From Promethearchaeia archaeon (GTDB lineage Archaea > Asgardarchaeota > Lokiarchaeia > Sigyniarchaeales > SOKP01), in NCBI GenBank assembly GCA_046483985.1, contig JAWOCD010000102.1, positions 1 to 60,416 of the forward strand: a DNA stretch of 60,416 nt. The letters run 5' to 3'. Shown piece by piece: positions 8,946 through 19,095 of the stretch (within the stretch, counting starts at the first letter, position 1; each line of letters opens with the position of its first letter). The position numbers and the translations under genes were made by a program. Under the pieces are notes generated by a model. It ran no database searches. It was not told the DNA's origin and was given only the letters and a program-made list of their open reading frames with translations.

Positions 8946-11132
8946 TTAAAAATCTTTTTTTTCTTTTTCTTCAGAAACTAAATCCGCAGCAGAGATAAAC
9001 CCAGCTTTTTTTCCTTTTTTCCCTTTTTTCCCTTTTTTCTGAACACTTTTGGTCCTTCCTTCTGGGATAAAGTTCATGGATGATTTTTTGTATAGACTGG
9101 GATCTAATTCTCCAATAAATCGTGAGGGACGTCCCGTTTTGATTTTTCTCCACATTTGAATTATCGCTGGAGTAAGAAGATAGAGTCTGTCTTTTGCCCG
9201 AGTTATAGCCACATAAAAAACTCTTCGTTCCTCTTCCATTTCTTCGGCATCTCCAATAACACGATGTGAAGGGAAATATTCTTCACAAAGCATTGGAATA
9301 AAAACTACTCTCCATTCCAAGCCTTTAGCTCGGTGAATTGTACTAAGAATCACAGGTGGATCTTCTTCTGTCTGATCTCCAGAAACAGTTGTCTTCGATT
9401 CAATGCTATTACGATTTAATGCAAGGATTTCTAAGAATTTCCTCAAAGTATCATACTGTTGTCCATAAATAGCAAGTTCTTCCAAATCATCAAGCCGTTC
9501 CTCCCAGTTTTCATAGGTATCTCTTACATGATCCTCGAGTAAATGAATAATTTTTTTTATGATAAGATCGGGGGAGTCTTGGGGGGTATAATCTACAAGC
9601 GGTGTGAGATGTTTAATAAGGTTTTTCCATCCTTTACTGGGAATACGAGAGCCCTTCATGGTCTTTTTAAAAAAGTTAGGATCGGTAACGGTTTTTAGAG
9701 GGTTTTCGGAGGCAACAAGTTCAGAGAAAATTTTAGTCCCAGAAGTGGTTCCAATACCGTTAACAATTTTAAAGATTCGCATCCACGCAATCTCATCATA
9801 GGGATTATCGATAATTCTCAAATGCACCAGAGTATCTTTAATATGAGCTTTTTCAAAAAAGGAAACACCCGCTCTTACCACATAAGGGATGTTATATTTT
9901 TGAAGAGCCAATTCAATTTTCATGGAATGAAACCCAGATCGAAAAAGGACCGCAATTTGATTTAGATCAAAATCTTCAGACCGAAGACTTAGGATTTCAT
10001 TCGCAACAAACTGCGCTTGCTCCTCATCGTCCGAAAGATTAACCCAAAAAGGCTTTAATCCGTTCGGGCGGGTGGGTTGCATTTCTTTTTGGTACTGTTT
10101 TTCATTATGCATGATAGAGTCATTTGCTAATTCAAGAATTTCTGGACAACTGCGATAGTTGTAGGTGATTTTATACACTTTACAATCGTCATATTTCTCC
10201 TCAAAATTAAGAATATTTTCAAAATTTGCCCCGCGAAAGGCGTAAATGCTCTGGGCATCATCGCCCACCACCATGACATTTTTGTCTGGATTTTGAGAAA
10301 CAATTTTATGGATAATCTCGTCTTGAATATGATTGGTATCTTGATATTCGTCTACCAACACATACTGAATCCGGCTGGCAATCAAGCGGGCAATATGTTT
10401 TTTATCGAGTAATTTGTTCCAATATACCAAGAGATCATCAAAGTCCACCAGGCCGTCCTGTGTTTTCTTTCTTGAATAGATTTTATATACATGTTTTAAT
10501 TTCTTTTCAATTAAATCATTATCAAACTGGGGATATTTCCAGAGAATCACCTCTTTTATGGATTTATCGCAGTTAATAGAATACGATAGAATTCTCTTTG
10601 CCATTTTTGCGGAGGGAAAACGGTTCTCTAAGTTCTCTACATTTGCCTCCTCAATCGAGAGTGTCATTAACGATTTGGCATCCGTTTCGTCCATTATATT
10701 ATAATTGGGCTTTACATCTAATGTCTTTGCATATTGCCGCAAAAATCGATTAGCTATAGAATGAAATGTGCCTGCCCAAATACCTTTGGGTCTTTTTCCG
10801 AGTAGATTCTCCACACGCTTAATCATCTCTTTCGCTGCTTTATTGGTAAAGGTAACCAGCATAATCTCAGATGGATCTACCCCAGATAATAATAATTTCG
10901 CTACAGAGTAGGTAATGGTTCGCGTCTTTCCCGAACCCGCCCCTGCAATAACTAACATAGCCCCCTCAATATTATTGACAATTTCTAATTGCTCTTCATT
11001 CAAATCTTCCTCGAAATCAATATCATTATAATCATAATCGAGTTTCGAAGGGCTCTCTTCAAGGGATTGAGCGAAATCATCTTCATAGTATTCGAACACA
11101 TATTCCTCTCCGTCCGGTTCTTTATCATTCAA
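8946..11132 (-). CDS. uvrD: UvrD/PcrA-family SF1 DNA helicase
   Basis: AGAGSGKT, TFTNKAA, GTFHS, VDEYQD, VGDDAQSIYAFRGA, NYRS, STIHRAKGLEW, EERRVFYVAITRA. Confidence 0.95.
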   Translation of the reverse strand: MNDKEPDGEEYVFEYYEDDFAQSLEESPSKLDYDYNDIDFEEDLNEEQLEIVNNIEGAMLVIAGAGSGKTRTITYSVAKLLLSGVDPSEIMLVTFTNKAAKEMIKRVENLLGKRPKGIWAGTFHSIANRFLRQYAKTLDVKPNYNIMDETDAKSLMTLSIEEANVENLENRFPSAKMAKRILSYSINCDKSIKEVILWKYPQFDNDLIEKKLKHVYKIYSRKKTQDGLVDFDDLLVYWNKLLDKKHIARLIASRIQYVLVDEYQDTNHIQDEIIHKIVSQNPDKNVMVVGDDAQSIYAFRGANFENILNFEEKYDDCKVYKITYNYRSCPEILELANDSIMHNEKQYQKEMQPTRPNGLKPFWVNLSDDEEQAQFVANEILSLRSEDFDLNQIAVLFRSGFHSMKIELALQKYNIPYVVRAGVSFFEKAHIKDTLVHLRIIDNPYDEIAWMRIFKIVNGIGTTSGTKIFSELVASENPLKTVTDPNFFKKTMKGSRIPSKGWKNLIKHLTPLVDYTPQDSPDLIIKKIIHLLEDHVRDTYENWEERLDDLEELAIYGQQYDTLRKFLEILALNRNSIESKTTVSGDQTEEDPPVILSTIHRAKGLEWRVVFIPMLCEEYFPSHRVIGDAEEMEEERRVFYVAITRAKDRLYLLTPAIIQMWRKIKTGRPSRFIGELDPSLYKKSSMNFIPEGRTKSVQKKGKKGKKGKKAGFISAADLVSEEKEKKDF

Positions 11133-11376
11133 ATTTTATCCCGCTTGATTTTCTTTTAATTATTGAAAATAATTCTACATAATAAGTTTAATCTTGGATA
11201 TTTAAATAGTAAGAGACTATTTAAGTAATAATAGGTAACTGTGCTAATGATATGTAATCTTTGTGGATTTGAAACGGAGCAAAGAGAGTAAAAATTTTAT
11301 TCTTGCCCAATTTACGACAAGTTCAGCTATTTCTCTTAGATTGTTGCTGGAGACTACCTTGCAACCCAAAGAAGTT

Positions 11377-12414
11377 TTAAAAATTAGCAAATCCTCGTTT
11401 TTTTGCGATATTCAACATATCGTTGAGTAGTGCTGAAGCTGCTTCTAAACCTCCTGCTCCGTGTCCCATCAAGAAAATCGGACCAGCAGAATCAGTCTGG
11501 ATTTCTACGGCATTCAAAGTGCCGCTTATATTCAAAGGCGAGTCTCGTTTTATAAGTCGTGGTTCCACGATGAGGGAATCATTTTCGGCAATGGCAAGGT
11601 GCTTTATAAAAAAACCGTCCGTTTTTGCCAATTCAATGGCTTGGGGAGTTACTTTTGTAATACCTTTTATTTTTACATCGTCTAAGGATTTCGACCATCC
11701 CAATAAGATATTTGCGAGAATTACGAGTTTGCCCGCTGCATCATATCCCTCAATATCTAAGGTTGGGTCTGCTTCTGCATATCCGAGTTCTTGTGCCTCC
11801 TCAAGCGCTAAGGAAAAGGAAACTCCCTCGGCGGTCATTCGACTGAGAATATAATTACATGTGCCATTAAGTATGGCTGTTATTTTTTTGATTTCGTTTC
11901 CCATTAGACAATTTTTAATCGAAAGTATGGGGACGCCACTAACCACTGTGGCTTCATGCTTTATATAACAGCTATTTTTTTCTGCTAACTCCTTTATCTC
12001 AGAATATTTTAAACAAAAAGGTCCTTTATTTGAAGCAACTACATCAATTTTATTATTTAACGAAACTTTAATGTGAGTTAAAGCAGGTTCGCCAGTTTCG
12101 GGATTGGTGGGTGTAGATTCCACACAAAGGTCTGGTAAATATTTCTCTAAAACTTCTGGTGCTTTTATTCCATCCTTCCAATCTGAGAACTGTCGAAAAT
12201 TACCTTGATTAAGAATTGATTCCAAGGTCAAACCTTCCTTATTAATTAATGCCCCATCAATTTCACAGATTCCAATTACCCGAAAATTAAAACCAAACTT
12301 AACTCTTAATCTTTCTCTTTTTTGATGCAACAGTTGTAAGAATTTCCTTCCCACCGTTCCCAGGCCAATCAAACAAATATCCATAATAGATTCATCGGGA
12401 CTCATTGCTGACAA
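11377..12414 (-). CDS. hom: Homoserine dehydrogenase
   Basis: GLGTVG, SNKGP, EATV..GVP, LNGTCNYIL, GYAEADPTLDIEG.DAA.K, GHGAG. Confidence 0.95.
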   Translation of the reverse strand: MSAMSPDESIMDICLIGLGTVGRKFLQLLHQKRERLRVKFGFNFRVIGICEIDGALINKEGLTLESILNQGNFRQFSDWKDGIKAPEVLEKYLPDLCVESTPTNPETGEPALTHIKVSLNNKIDVVASNKGPFCLKYSEIKELAEKNSCYIKHEATVVSGVPILSIKNCLMGNEIKKITAILNGTCNYILSRMTAEGVSFSLALEEAQELGYAEADPTLDIEGYDAAGKLVILANILLGWSKSLDDVKIKGITKVTPQAIELAKTDGFFIKHLAIAENDSLIVEPRLIKRDSPLNISGTLNAVEIQTDSAGPIFLMGHGAGGLEAASALLNDMLNIAKKRGFANF

Positions 12415-12533
12415 TAGACTCTTTTTGTTTTCTAATTAATTGAAAAATTCATAACTCTGACGTTATGATATATTAAAATCACCAATTATAAAAAAAGTTA
12501 ATATTTATATTTTTCGTGCCTTAAAATAAAAGG

Positions 12534-14864
12534 CTAAAAATAGATTGTTTCTAGGGACGGCAAATTTCTCACATATTCTGGAAGTTCTTCGAGCCCAGTA
12601 TTTCTTAAATCAAGGAGTTCTAATTTTGTTAAGTGTGATAAGTCGGGCAATTTGGTAATCGGATTATGACTTAAATGCAATTCTTTTAAGTTTTTTAATT
12701 TTTCTACACCCTCAATTGAAATAATTTTGTTATCTCGGAGATCTAATTTCTCTAATCTTTTTAAACTTTCAATGCCCTCTACATTTTTAAGATTATTAAA
12801 TAATAAGATTAACTCTTTTAAGTTTGTAAGAGACTCTATTCCATTTAAATTATCTAATTTATTACCTGAGAGATTTAAATATCTTAATTTGGATAATTTA
12901 TCTAAATTTTCAATCTTTTTTAGAAAATTAAATTTAAAATCAAGTTTTCGTAGGTTTTTTAGATTTTCTAAATTCTCTATTCTCTTGATTCGGTTAAAAT
13001 TAAAAGAAAGTAGCTTGAGGGACTTTAATGTGTTAAGGTGTTGGATCTCTTTGATTTTATTAAAAGAAAAACCTAATTTTTCTAAATGGGTAACTTGTTG
13101 AAGACCATTGATTACGGAAATATCTTCAATTTGCTTATTTGCCAGGTTCAGATAATTGTCCTTGACTTCAAAAATTTTATTTTTATAATAAACAACTTCA
13201 AAATTAAACTTCTTTAGGCGTGGTTTGAGAAATTCATAGATATTCTTATTGGGATTCTTGTTATTTTTGAGAATTAACATTGAGAGCAGAGATTTCTTAG
13301 AACCCTTGGGAAGTTCTTGAAAAATCCGAGTAAATAAATTAGGCGATTCGAAAAGGCTATTTATATCTCTCCAGATTCCCGAATATTCGGGATCAATATC
13401 AAGAACCTTTTTATAGGCTTTAATTGCTTTATCATAAATCTTATGTTTTTTATAAAGACGTGCTAAACTTTCCCAGATCTCTATATTGTCCGTTTTAATA
13501 CAACTGAAATCTAAACTTTCAAATTCTTCCTTATCCAAATAATCTAAATATCCTTCATTGATTAAATACAATGAAACGGATCTATATCCTGCTTCTAATC
13601 GGGAGGCAATCTCCTCCTTAAATACCCTTCGGGCAAGCGGGTCTCCTGCTTCGGTCAATTTTTTAAGCAAAGGAAATGCGATATTTCTATGCAATATTCT
13701 TGTATCATAATTATTATCTGCCCACGCTTGAAGATTAGAACAATGACCCCAAAATTCTAATTTAGAAGATATCTTATAATCACTATTAGTTCTAAATTCA
13801 AGAGAATTATCCAATCTTTCCGCTGCCTCGTCAATTGAATCAATAGATTGCAAGGAGGATATCTTTTCTTTTGGTATGTCTAATAGAAGAAATTTGCATT
13901 GATTAAATTTCTTTCCGTTTATATAAATATTCGTTTTGCCTTTTTCTAACTTTAATGATAGATAATCGTTTACATAAAAGATATCTTCATCTTTCTGTCG
14001 TGCTTTTTTTAAAGAAGGATATCTCTCTTGGTCTCGTGAAGGAGATATGGGGTAATCAGAAGAATGATTATTCTCTTCTTGCTCTTCCATATGAAGTAGC
14101 TTTTGAGTCAATACATTCAGAACATCTGTGGCAGAATTTAAAATATCAGGAAACTCTAGAATGGAAGGATCTTGTAATAAATCATTCAGATATTTACTTG
14201 CGAGCCGAGTGTTCTCTTCCTGGATAAGGTGAAGAATTAGATCCAATCGATTCTCGAACTCGGTAATCTTTTCCGGATATTGTTGATGGTCAATATTTTC
14301 AATTGGGACTTGTGAATTTGGGAGAAAATCTAATATCTTTACCTCATTCTCAGTTTTTTCATCCTTCAATAATTTTTCTAGCAAAAGATTGAAGAGAATT
14401 TCTATATTCTCCCCTGTCCTGGAGGAAACTTTAACATATTCAAATAAATTGTAATTTTCCTTAAAGTTTAAAGCATACTCGTCATTTACGGAGATTTCTT
14501 GGGTCAAATCTAATTTAGTTCCCACTAATAAAATAGGCAATTCTGGATTATATCGCCTGCAAATATTCACCCATCCTTCGATATTTTCAAGACTCTGAGG
14601 CCTTGTTAAATCGAAAGTAAGAATAGCCCCATCGGCCCCTAAGACAAACGGTTCCAGACAAAATCGCCAGCGTTCTTGACCAGCAAAATCCCAAAAGGCA
14701 AGAGTGATTGGAGAACCTTGATGAGTAACCGTCTTGCAAGACCACGCAATTCCACGAGTCATAGGAGTATTTGGATTAAAAGTCCCGTCAATGTACCGTT
14801 TGAGGAGAGTAGATCGGCCTACGCCTCCTTCTCCGGTCACTATAATTTTCTTTATACGAGACAT
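12534..14864 (-). CDS. Rab-like GTPase fused to a conserved ~140-aa domain, a TPR and SDS22-like leucine-rich repeats
   Basis: GEGGVGRS, WDFAGQERW, TKLD, SSR; TPR-like WESLARLY...AIKAYKKVLDIDP; about nine LxxLxLxxNxI repeats. Confidence 0.85.
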   Translation of the reverse strand: MSRIKKIIVTGEGGVGRSTLLKRYIDGTFNPNTPMTRGIAWSCKTVTHQGSPITLAFWDFAGQERWRFCLEPFVLGADGAILTFDLTRPQSLENIEGWVNICRRYNPELPILLVGTKLDLTQEISVNDEYALNFKENYNLFEYVKVSSRTGENIEILFNLLLEKLLKDEKTENEVKILDFLPNSQVPIENIDHQQYPEKITEFENRLDLILHLIQEENTRLASKYLNDLLQDPSILEFPDILNSATDVLNVLTQKLLHMEEQEENNHSSDYPISPSRDQERYPSLKKARQKDEDIFYVNDYLSLKLEKGKTNIYINGKKFNQCKFLLLDIPKEKISSLQSIDSIDEAAERLDNSLEFRTNSDYKISSKLEFWGHCSNLQAWADNNYDTRILHRNIAFPLLKKLTEAGDPLARRVFKEEIASRLEAGYRSVSLYLINEGYLDYLDKEEFESLDFSCIKTDNIEIWESLARLYKKHKIYDKAIKAYKKVLDIDPEYSGIWRDINSLFESPNLFTRIFQELPKGSKKSLLSMLILKNNKNPNKNIYEFLKPRLKKFNFEVVYYKNKIFEVKDNYLNLANKQIEDISVINGLQQVTHLEKLGFSFNKIKEIQHLNTLKSLKLLSFNFNRIKRIENLENLKNLRKLDFKFNFLKKIENLDKLSKLRYLNLSGNKLDNLNGIESLTNLKELILLFNNLKNVEGIESLKRLEKLDLRDNKIISIEGVEKLKNLKELHLSHNPITKLPDLSHLTKLELLDLRNTGLEELPEYVRNLPSLETIYF

Positions 14865-15207
14865 TTTATCTTTCTCCTCTTTTTTTAGAATTAGTAAATC
14901 TTTATAGCAAAATTGTTATTATTCATTATAATAAGGTAAATCTAAAAATAAAAAGCTTGAGCTTTATTTTTTATTGGTTTTGGAATCTTGAAGGGATTTG
15001 AAAAGTTAAACTATGAATTCTCTGGAAAAACAGGAACCGATGAGGGATATTCTTTGGCTCAAGACGAGGGGAACTGGTTTAAAGTGACAAGCATTCCGAA
15101 CGATAACAATCTCTCAATTATATTATATTTATAAAAAAGGAATATTTTTTATAAATTGTTATTCTCATTTTTATAAAGCGGTGGATATTACTCATAATTG
15201 AGACTTC

Positions 15208-15810
15208 ATGGGAAACTTAGAAAAAGCCTTGAAGAACTACTTTGATGAGTTAAGTACAGAAGTTATTCAAAACTTGGGCAAAGTTCTAAGATATATGTCA
15301 AAAGAAAGAAAAATAAGCTATCACATTATTAAAGATATCGTTTCAAACGAGCCCGAAGATTTTCTCTTGCAACTATTTGAGTTAAAATTATTAATACCTC
15401 CCAAGAGTTTTCAAAGTTCATTAGAATGGAACAACCAAATATATAATCCGCAACCAAGTAATGAATATAAATTACCTAAGATTATTGAGATTTTAGTTGA
15501 AACTGCCATTACTTCAGGCGATTGGAATCCAAATAATGCCATAAGAGTCATCTTTAGAAAAAAGGGTGATCCGGATTGGAAAAAAATCCCCTTCCTAATT
15601 GAAGAAATGAAGAAATATATAAAATACCAGCAGATCAACGGAAATCAAATTAGAAAAAGTTGCACCAGAGTCGGGTTGAAAAATAGAGCGAATAGCCTCA
15701 TCGCAGAATTAAAAGGAGCATATGTAATAAGTCCTAAGCTCTCTGCATCGTTTTTTAAAACTATTAAACAAGGTTCACCAATTTATGAGGTTAATCCTTC
15801 TGTGGTTTAA
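15208..15810 (+). CDS. Hypothetical protein, possibly winged-helix
   Basis: 200-aa ORF with ATG; C-terminal LIAELKGAYVISP...YEVNPS resembles a wHTH end. Confidence 0.6.
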   Translation: MGNLEKALKNYFDELSTEVIQNLGKVLRYMSKERKISYHIIKDIVSNEPEDFLLQLFELKLLIPPKSFQSSLEWNNQIYNPQPSNEYKLPKIIEILVETAITSGDWNPNNAIRVIFRKKGDPDWKKIPFLIEEMKKYIKYQQINGNQIRKSCTRVGLKNRANSLIAELKGAYVISPKLSASFFKTIKQGSPIYEVNPSVV

Positions 15811-15860
15811 TTTTAAATAAAATTTCCCAATCCGATTGCCAAAAATGATCCCCCTATTCT

Positions 15861-15886
15861 ATCCTTAAGTCCTTTAGGGCGAGGAT
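15861..15886. repeat. Degenerate IS200/IS605-type end hairpin
   Basis: ATCCTT-AA-GTCC-TTTA-GGGC-GAGGAT: imperfect stem with the same TTTA loop as the TnpB right-end hairpins in this window. Confidence 0.4.
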
Positions 15887-16192
15887 GAGTTTTTCCCTAA
15901 TCTTAACCTAGGAATGGGATTAACCAAAAGACTTAAATAACGGAAACCCTATATAATATGATTTCTCTGGACTAATACTTTAGAATTGTTCATATGTGAG
16001 TAAGTCAATTCACGTTTAATCATTTAAATCATTTTTTGTGCATTTTTTTCTTGAGAACCTATAAAAAATACCCGTCTTTTTGGAAATTCGCTCATTATTT
16101 TCTTTCTGATTTAAGATTTATAAAGTGTCTTATCCTTAATAATTAATAATCAATAACTAAACAAAAAATATAAAATAGAAAAGGAGAAATTT

Positions 16193-18058
16193 ATGCCGAA
16201 AACATTAAAAGATTTTCATGTTGATGAAGATAAAGTATGGTTTACCGGAGGATACTGGCCCGAAGGTGTACCCAAACAGATTTACGAGATTAAGGATATT
16301 GAAGTTTTGCCTTTGCCTAAAGGAATGGAACGGCAAGCAAATAAGTTTGATTTATGGGGTAATGATCTGTGTTTATTTGCTTTAGGTCCGTATGTTGAGA
16401 GAATTACCTACAGAGACTTATGGAATAAGGCAAAAAGATTTGCAACTTTTCTCCATGATGTATGCGAAGTACGGAAGGGAGATGTAGTGGCAATTGATTT
16501 ACCCAACTCCCCAAATTTCGTAATTGCTTATATGGCAACTATTTCGCTAGGAGCAATCGTTGCGGGTGTTAATCCGCAGTATAAACCTATGGAATTATTA
16601 CACGAGCTGGAAATTACCGAAGCGAAAGTAATCGTGATTATGGACGCCTTGTATCTTTTGGTCAAAAATGCCTTACCAAAAACAGAGGTTGAACACTTAG
16701 TATCAACTAATCTCTTAGACTTTGTCACGGCACCTAAGCCAATCTTTGAAAAAATCCGCGATAATGTTCCCAATTTTCAAGATAAGGTACCCGATGAGAC
16801 GGATGATTATAAAGTTCATCGGATGAAAACGGTGATTGAAGAGACTGAGGCAAAAGATCTTGAGGTAGATATTGATCCTTGGGAAGACCCTGCGTGTTAT
16901 CTCATGACAGGTGGAACCACGGGACTACCAAAAGCTGCATCGTTAACCCATGCAAACCTATATCTGAACTTGAAACAGTTAGAACCATGGACAGATTTAA
17001 AACCAGGTATGATAACTATCGGCAGCATTCCGTTTTTCCACAGTTTCGGAATGACTTGTGTGATGAATGCATCGCTAGCACTCGGATTACCAATGCTACT
17101 CTTTCCTAAACCCCCTAAAGAGGAGGATTTATGTACCGTCATTAACCAACTGGAGGCTCCAAAGGGAATCATCTATACAGGAGTAGAAATGCTCTTTAAA
17201 CGAATCACAGACTTTGCAGAAGAGATGGGCGTGGAAAAGTTCAAAGAAAAATACGATATCTGGAAAAAATTAAAGTATGCAACTCAAGGAGCTGGTCCTT
17301 TACACGACTACGTGCGAGAACCTTTCGAGGAAATATTTTGTACAATCCGAGTTGGGTATGGACTCACAGAAACCTCTCCGGTAGTAAGTGTCGCGCCGTT
17401 TTGGGGTCCAAATAAGACTGGAAAGTTGGGATTACCCCTCCCTGGAACGGATTGGGCGATTTTCAATCCCGATCCGGATGAATTTGATAAGGGACCTATC
17501 TGTGATGGGACAAAAGAAAGAGGTAATTTTGGAATCGGCCATACTGGTGAAATTTGCGTTGCTGGACCCCAAGTAATGAAAAAATATAAGGGAGAACAAA
17601 AAGAGCAAGAAGATAATCTCAAACAGTGGGGCGGTAAGCGATGGTTAATGACCGGTGATATCGGTTATATGGATGAACACGGTTTTTGTGAAATCCGCGA
17701 TCGTAAAAAATCTCTTATAAAGGTTTCTGGCCATTCTGTATTCCCTAAAGAGGTAGAAGAGCTAATGGGGATGCATGAAATGGTAGATGAGGTAGCTATT
17801 GCAGGATTACCAGATAAACATCGAGGAGAAGTTGCAAAAGCTTGGGTAGTGCTCAAAGAAGGATACAAAGACGGAGAAGATATTACCTCGGAGGATTTAA
17901 AAAAATGGTGCTATGAAAACATGGCCAAATGGAAAACTCCCAAGTATATCCAGTTTGTAAGGAAATTACCGGTGAGTATGACCGGCAAGGTCCAAAGGCG
18001 AGAATTAAAGGAGAAAGACCTCTCGCGATTAGAAAAAGGGCGGGAAATCAAGGGTTGA
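16193..18058 (+). CDS. Long-chain fatty acid--CoA ligase (AMP-binding)
   Basis: MTGGTTGLPKA, GYGLTETSP, TGDIG, DRKK, LPVSMTGKV. Confidence 0.95.
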   Translation: MPKTLKDFHVDEDKVWFTGGYWPEGVPKQIYEIKDIEVLPLPKGMERQANKFDLWGNDLCLFALGPYVERITYRDLWNKAKRFATFLHDVCEVRKGDVVAIDLPNSPNFVIAYMATISLGAIVAGVNPQYKPMELLHELEITEAKVIVIMDALYLLVKNALPKTEVEHLVSTNLLDFVTAPKPIFEKIRDNVPNFQDKVPDETDDYKVHRMKTVIEETEAKDLEVDIDPWEDPACYLMTGGTTGLPKAASLTHANLYLNLKQLEPWTDLKPGMITIGSIPFFHSFGMTCVMNASLALGLPMLLFPKPPKEEDLCTVINQLEAPKGIIYTGVEMLFKRITDFAEEMGVEKFKEKYDIWKKLKYATQGAGPLHDYVREPFEEIFCTIRVGYGLTETSPVVSVAPFWGPNKTGKLGLPLPGTDWAIFNPDPDEFDKGPICDGTKERGNFGIGHTGEICVAGPQVMKKYKGEQKEQEDNLKQWGGKRWLMTGDIGYMDEHGFCEIRDRKKSLIKVSGHSVFPKEVEELMGMHEMVDEVAIAGLPDKHRGEVAKAWVVLKEGYKDGEDITSEDLKKWCYENMAKWKTPKYIQFVRKLPVSMTGKVQRRELKEKDLSRLEKGREIKG

Positions 18059-18358
18059 CGAGTCTTATACTACACAGACCTGTGCAAAATGTGGAAGAAG
18101 GGCGAAACTCGATTTGTCCGAGCGTGATATTAGTTGTGAATGTGGTCATAAGATGGATAGAGACTTAAATTCCGCTGTTAATATTATGGTAAAGTTTCTC
18201 ACATCTGCTGACCTATCGCATCAACCCTCTTTGAAGGAGGAATCCTTTCTAAAGCAATGGAACGGATTTTCTACGACACACAGCCCTAAGATATGCCCAC
18301 CAGCTAACGCTTAGTGGACTCGTAGGAATCCCCGTCCTTTAGGACGGGGAGACTTCAA
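18055..18358 (+). mobile_element. tnpB: IS200/IS605 remnant: 3' fragment of tnpB plus omegaRNA region and right end
   Basis: DESYTTQTCAKCG...CECG..MDRDLNSAVNI; hairpin TCCCCGTCC-TTTA-GGACGGGGA (18329-18350); ends TTCAA; near-identical inverted copy at 59969-60272. Confidence 0.9.
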
Positions 18359-18379
18359 TTTCTTTTTATTATCTACTTG

Positions 18380-19087
18380 TTATTTTACTTTCTGAAGTTT
18401 TTGGCGAGAGAGATGATCTGCCAAATATAACGGCTCAGGTTGGCGATGGTTAAAAGAAATGTGGAGGGCGAGATCAACTACAAAGTCGAGAGATACTAAA
18501 AAACCCTTACTCACGAAGGCGGGCTTTGAATTGTCTCGTAAGCACACAGCATAGCCGATTTTTTGACCATCCAATAAAACTGGGGTTTTATTCCCTTTAA
18601 CTCTTTCTAGTTCCCTCCAGTTTGAGTGCCCGATAAATTCACTTTTAGCCACTCCAATACTGGAAATATCCAACGCCACACCGAGATGGGTCGCTTCCCC
18701 GAATTTTCGGGGGTGAATAACCCCGTGACCGTCAGTTAAGATGACATCTGGTTTAGGATCTAATGCTAAAATCGCTTCAGCCATCAAGGGCACTTCTCGA
18801 AAACCCAAAAATCCCGGCGTATAAGGAAAGAGAATATCACATTGTGAATAAGATACGGCAGCTCGTTCATTTTTCTTACAGTCCCATAAAACCGCACAGC
18901 ATATTCCCCACTCTGGGTTTTTTACCGCAGGATAGGAGATATCAACGCCTGCAATGAATGTAATTGAATTTGGATCAGTAAGGATCTGTCTTGTTTTTTC
19001 TAATTTGGGTCGAATTTTACTGTATTTAGTCTGAAGTGCCAAGGCCTCTGACTTTGAAGTCGTTCCCTCTAAAAGTTCGTGAATCAT
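18380..19087 (-). CDS. nfi: Endonuclease V
   Basis: AGVD, FPYTPGFLGFRE, DGHGVIHPRKFGEA.HLG, IGVAK, PEPL.LAD. Confidence 0.95.
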   Translation of the reverse strand: MIHELLEGTTSKSEALALQTKYSKIRPKLEKTRQILTDPNSITFIAGVDISYPAVKNPEWGICCAVLWDCKKNERAAVSYSQCDILFPYTPGFLGFREVPLMAEAILALDPKPDVILTDGHGVIHPRKFGEATHLGVALDISSIGVAKSEFIGHSNWRELERVKGNKTPVLLDGQKIGYAVCLRDNSKPAFVSKGFLVSLDFVVDLALHISFNHRQPEPLYLADHLSRQKLQKVK

Positions 19088-19095
19088 TTTTCGGT

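Noticed and set aside
8995-9040. (T)nCCC repeats at the uvrD 3' end
   Set aside because: They simply encode the KKGKKGKKGKK basic tail.
11423-11854. Antisense and overlapping short ORFs in the track (for example 11423..11854, 12727..13101, 28366..28716, 43633..43971)
   Set aside because: They are shadows of well-supported genes on the opposite strand and carry no motifs.
15013-15087. GC-richer intergenic patch with a 24-codon ORF
   Set aside because: No RBS, motif or stable fold that I can support.
18114-18314. Independent 66-aa gene
   Set aside because: It is the truncated tnpB C-terminus, not a separate CDS.
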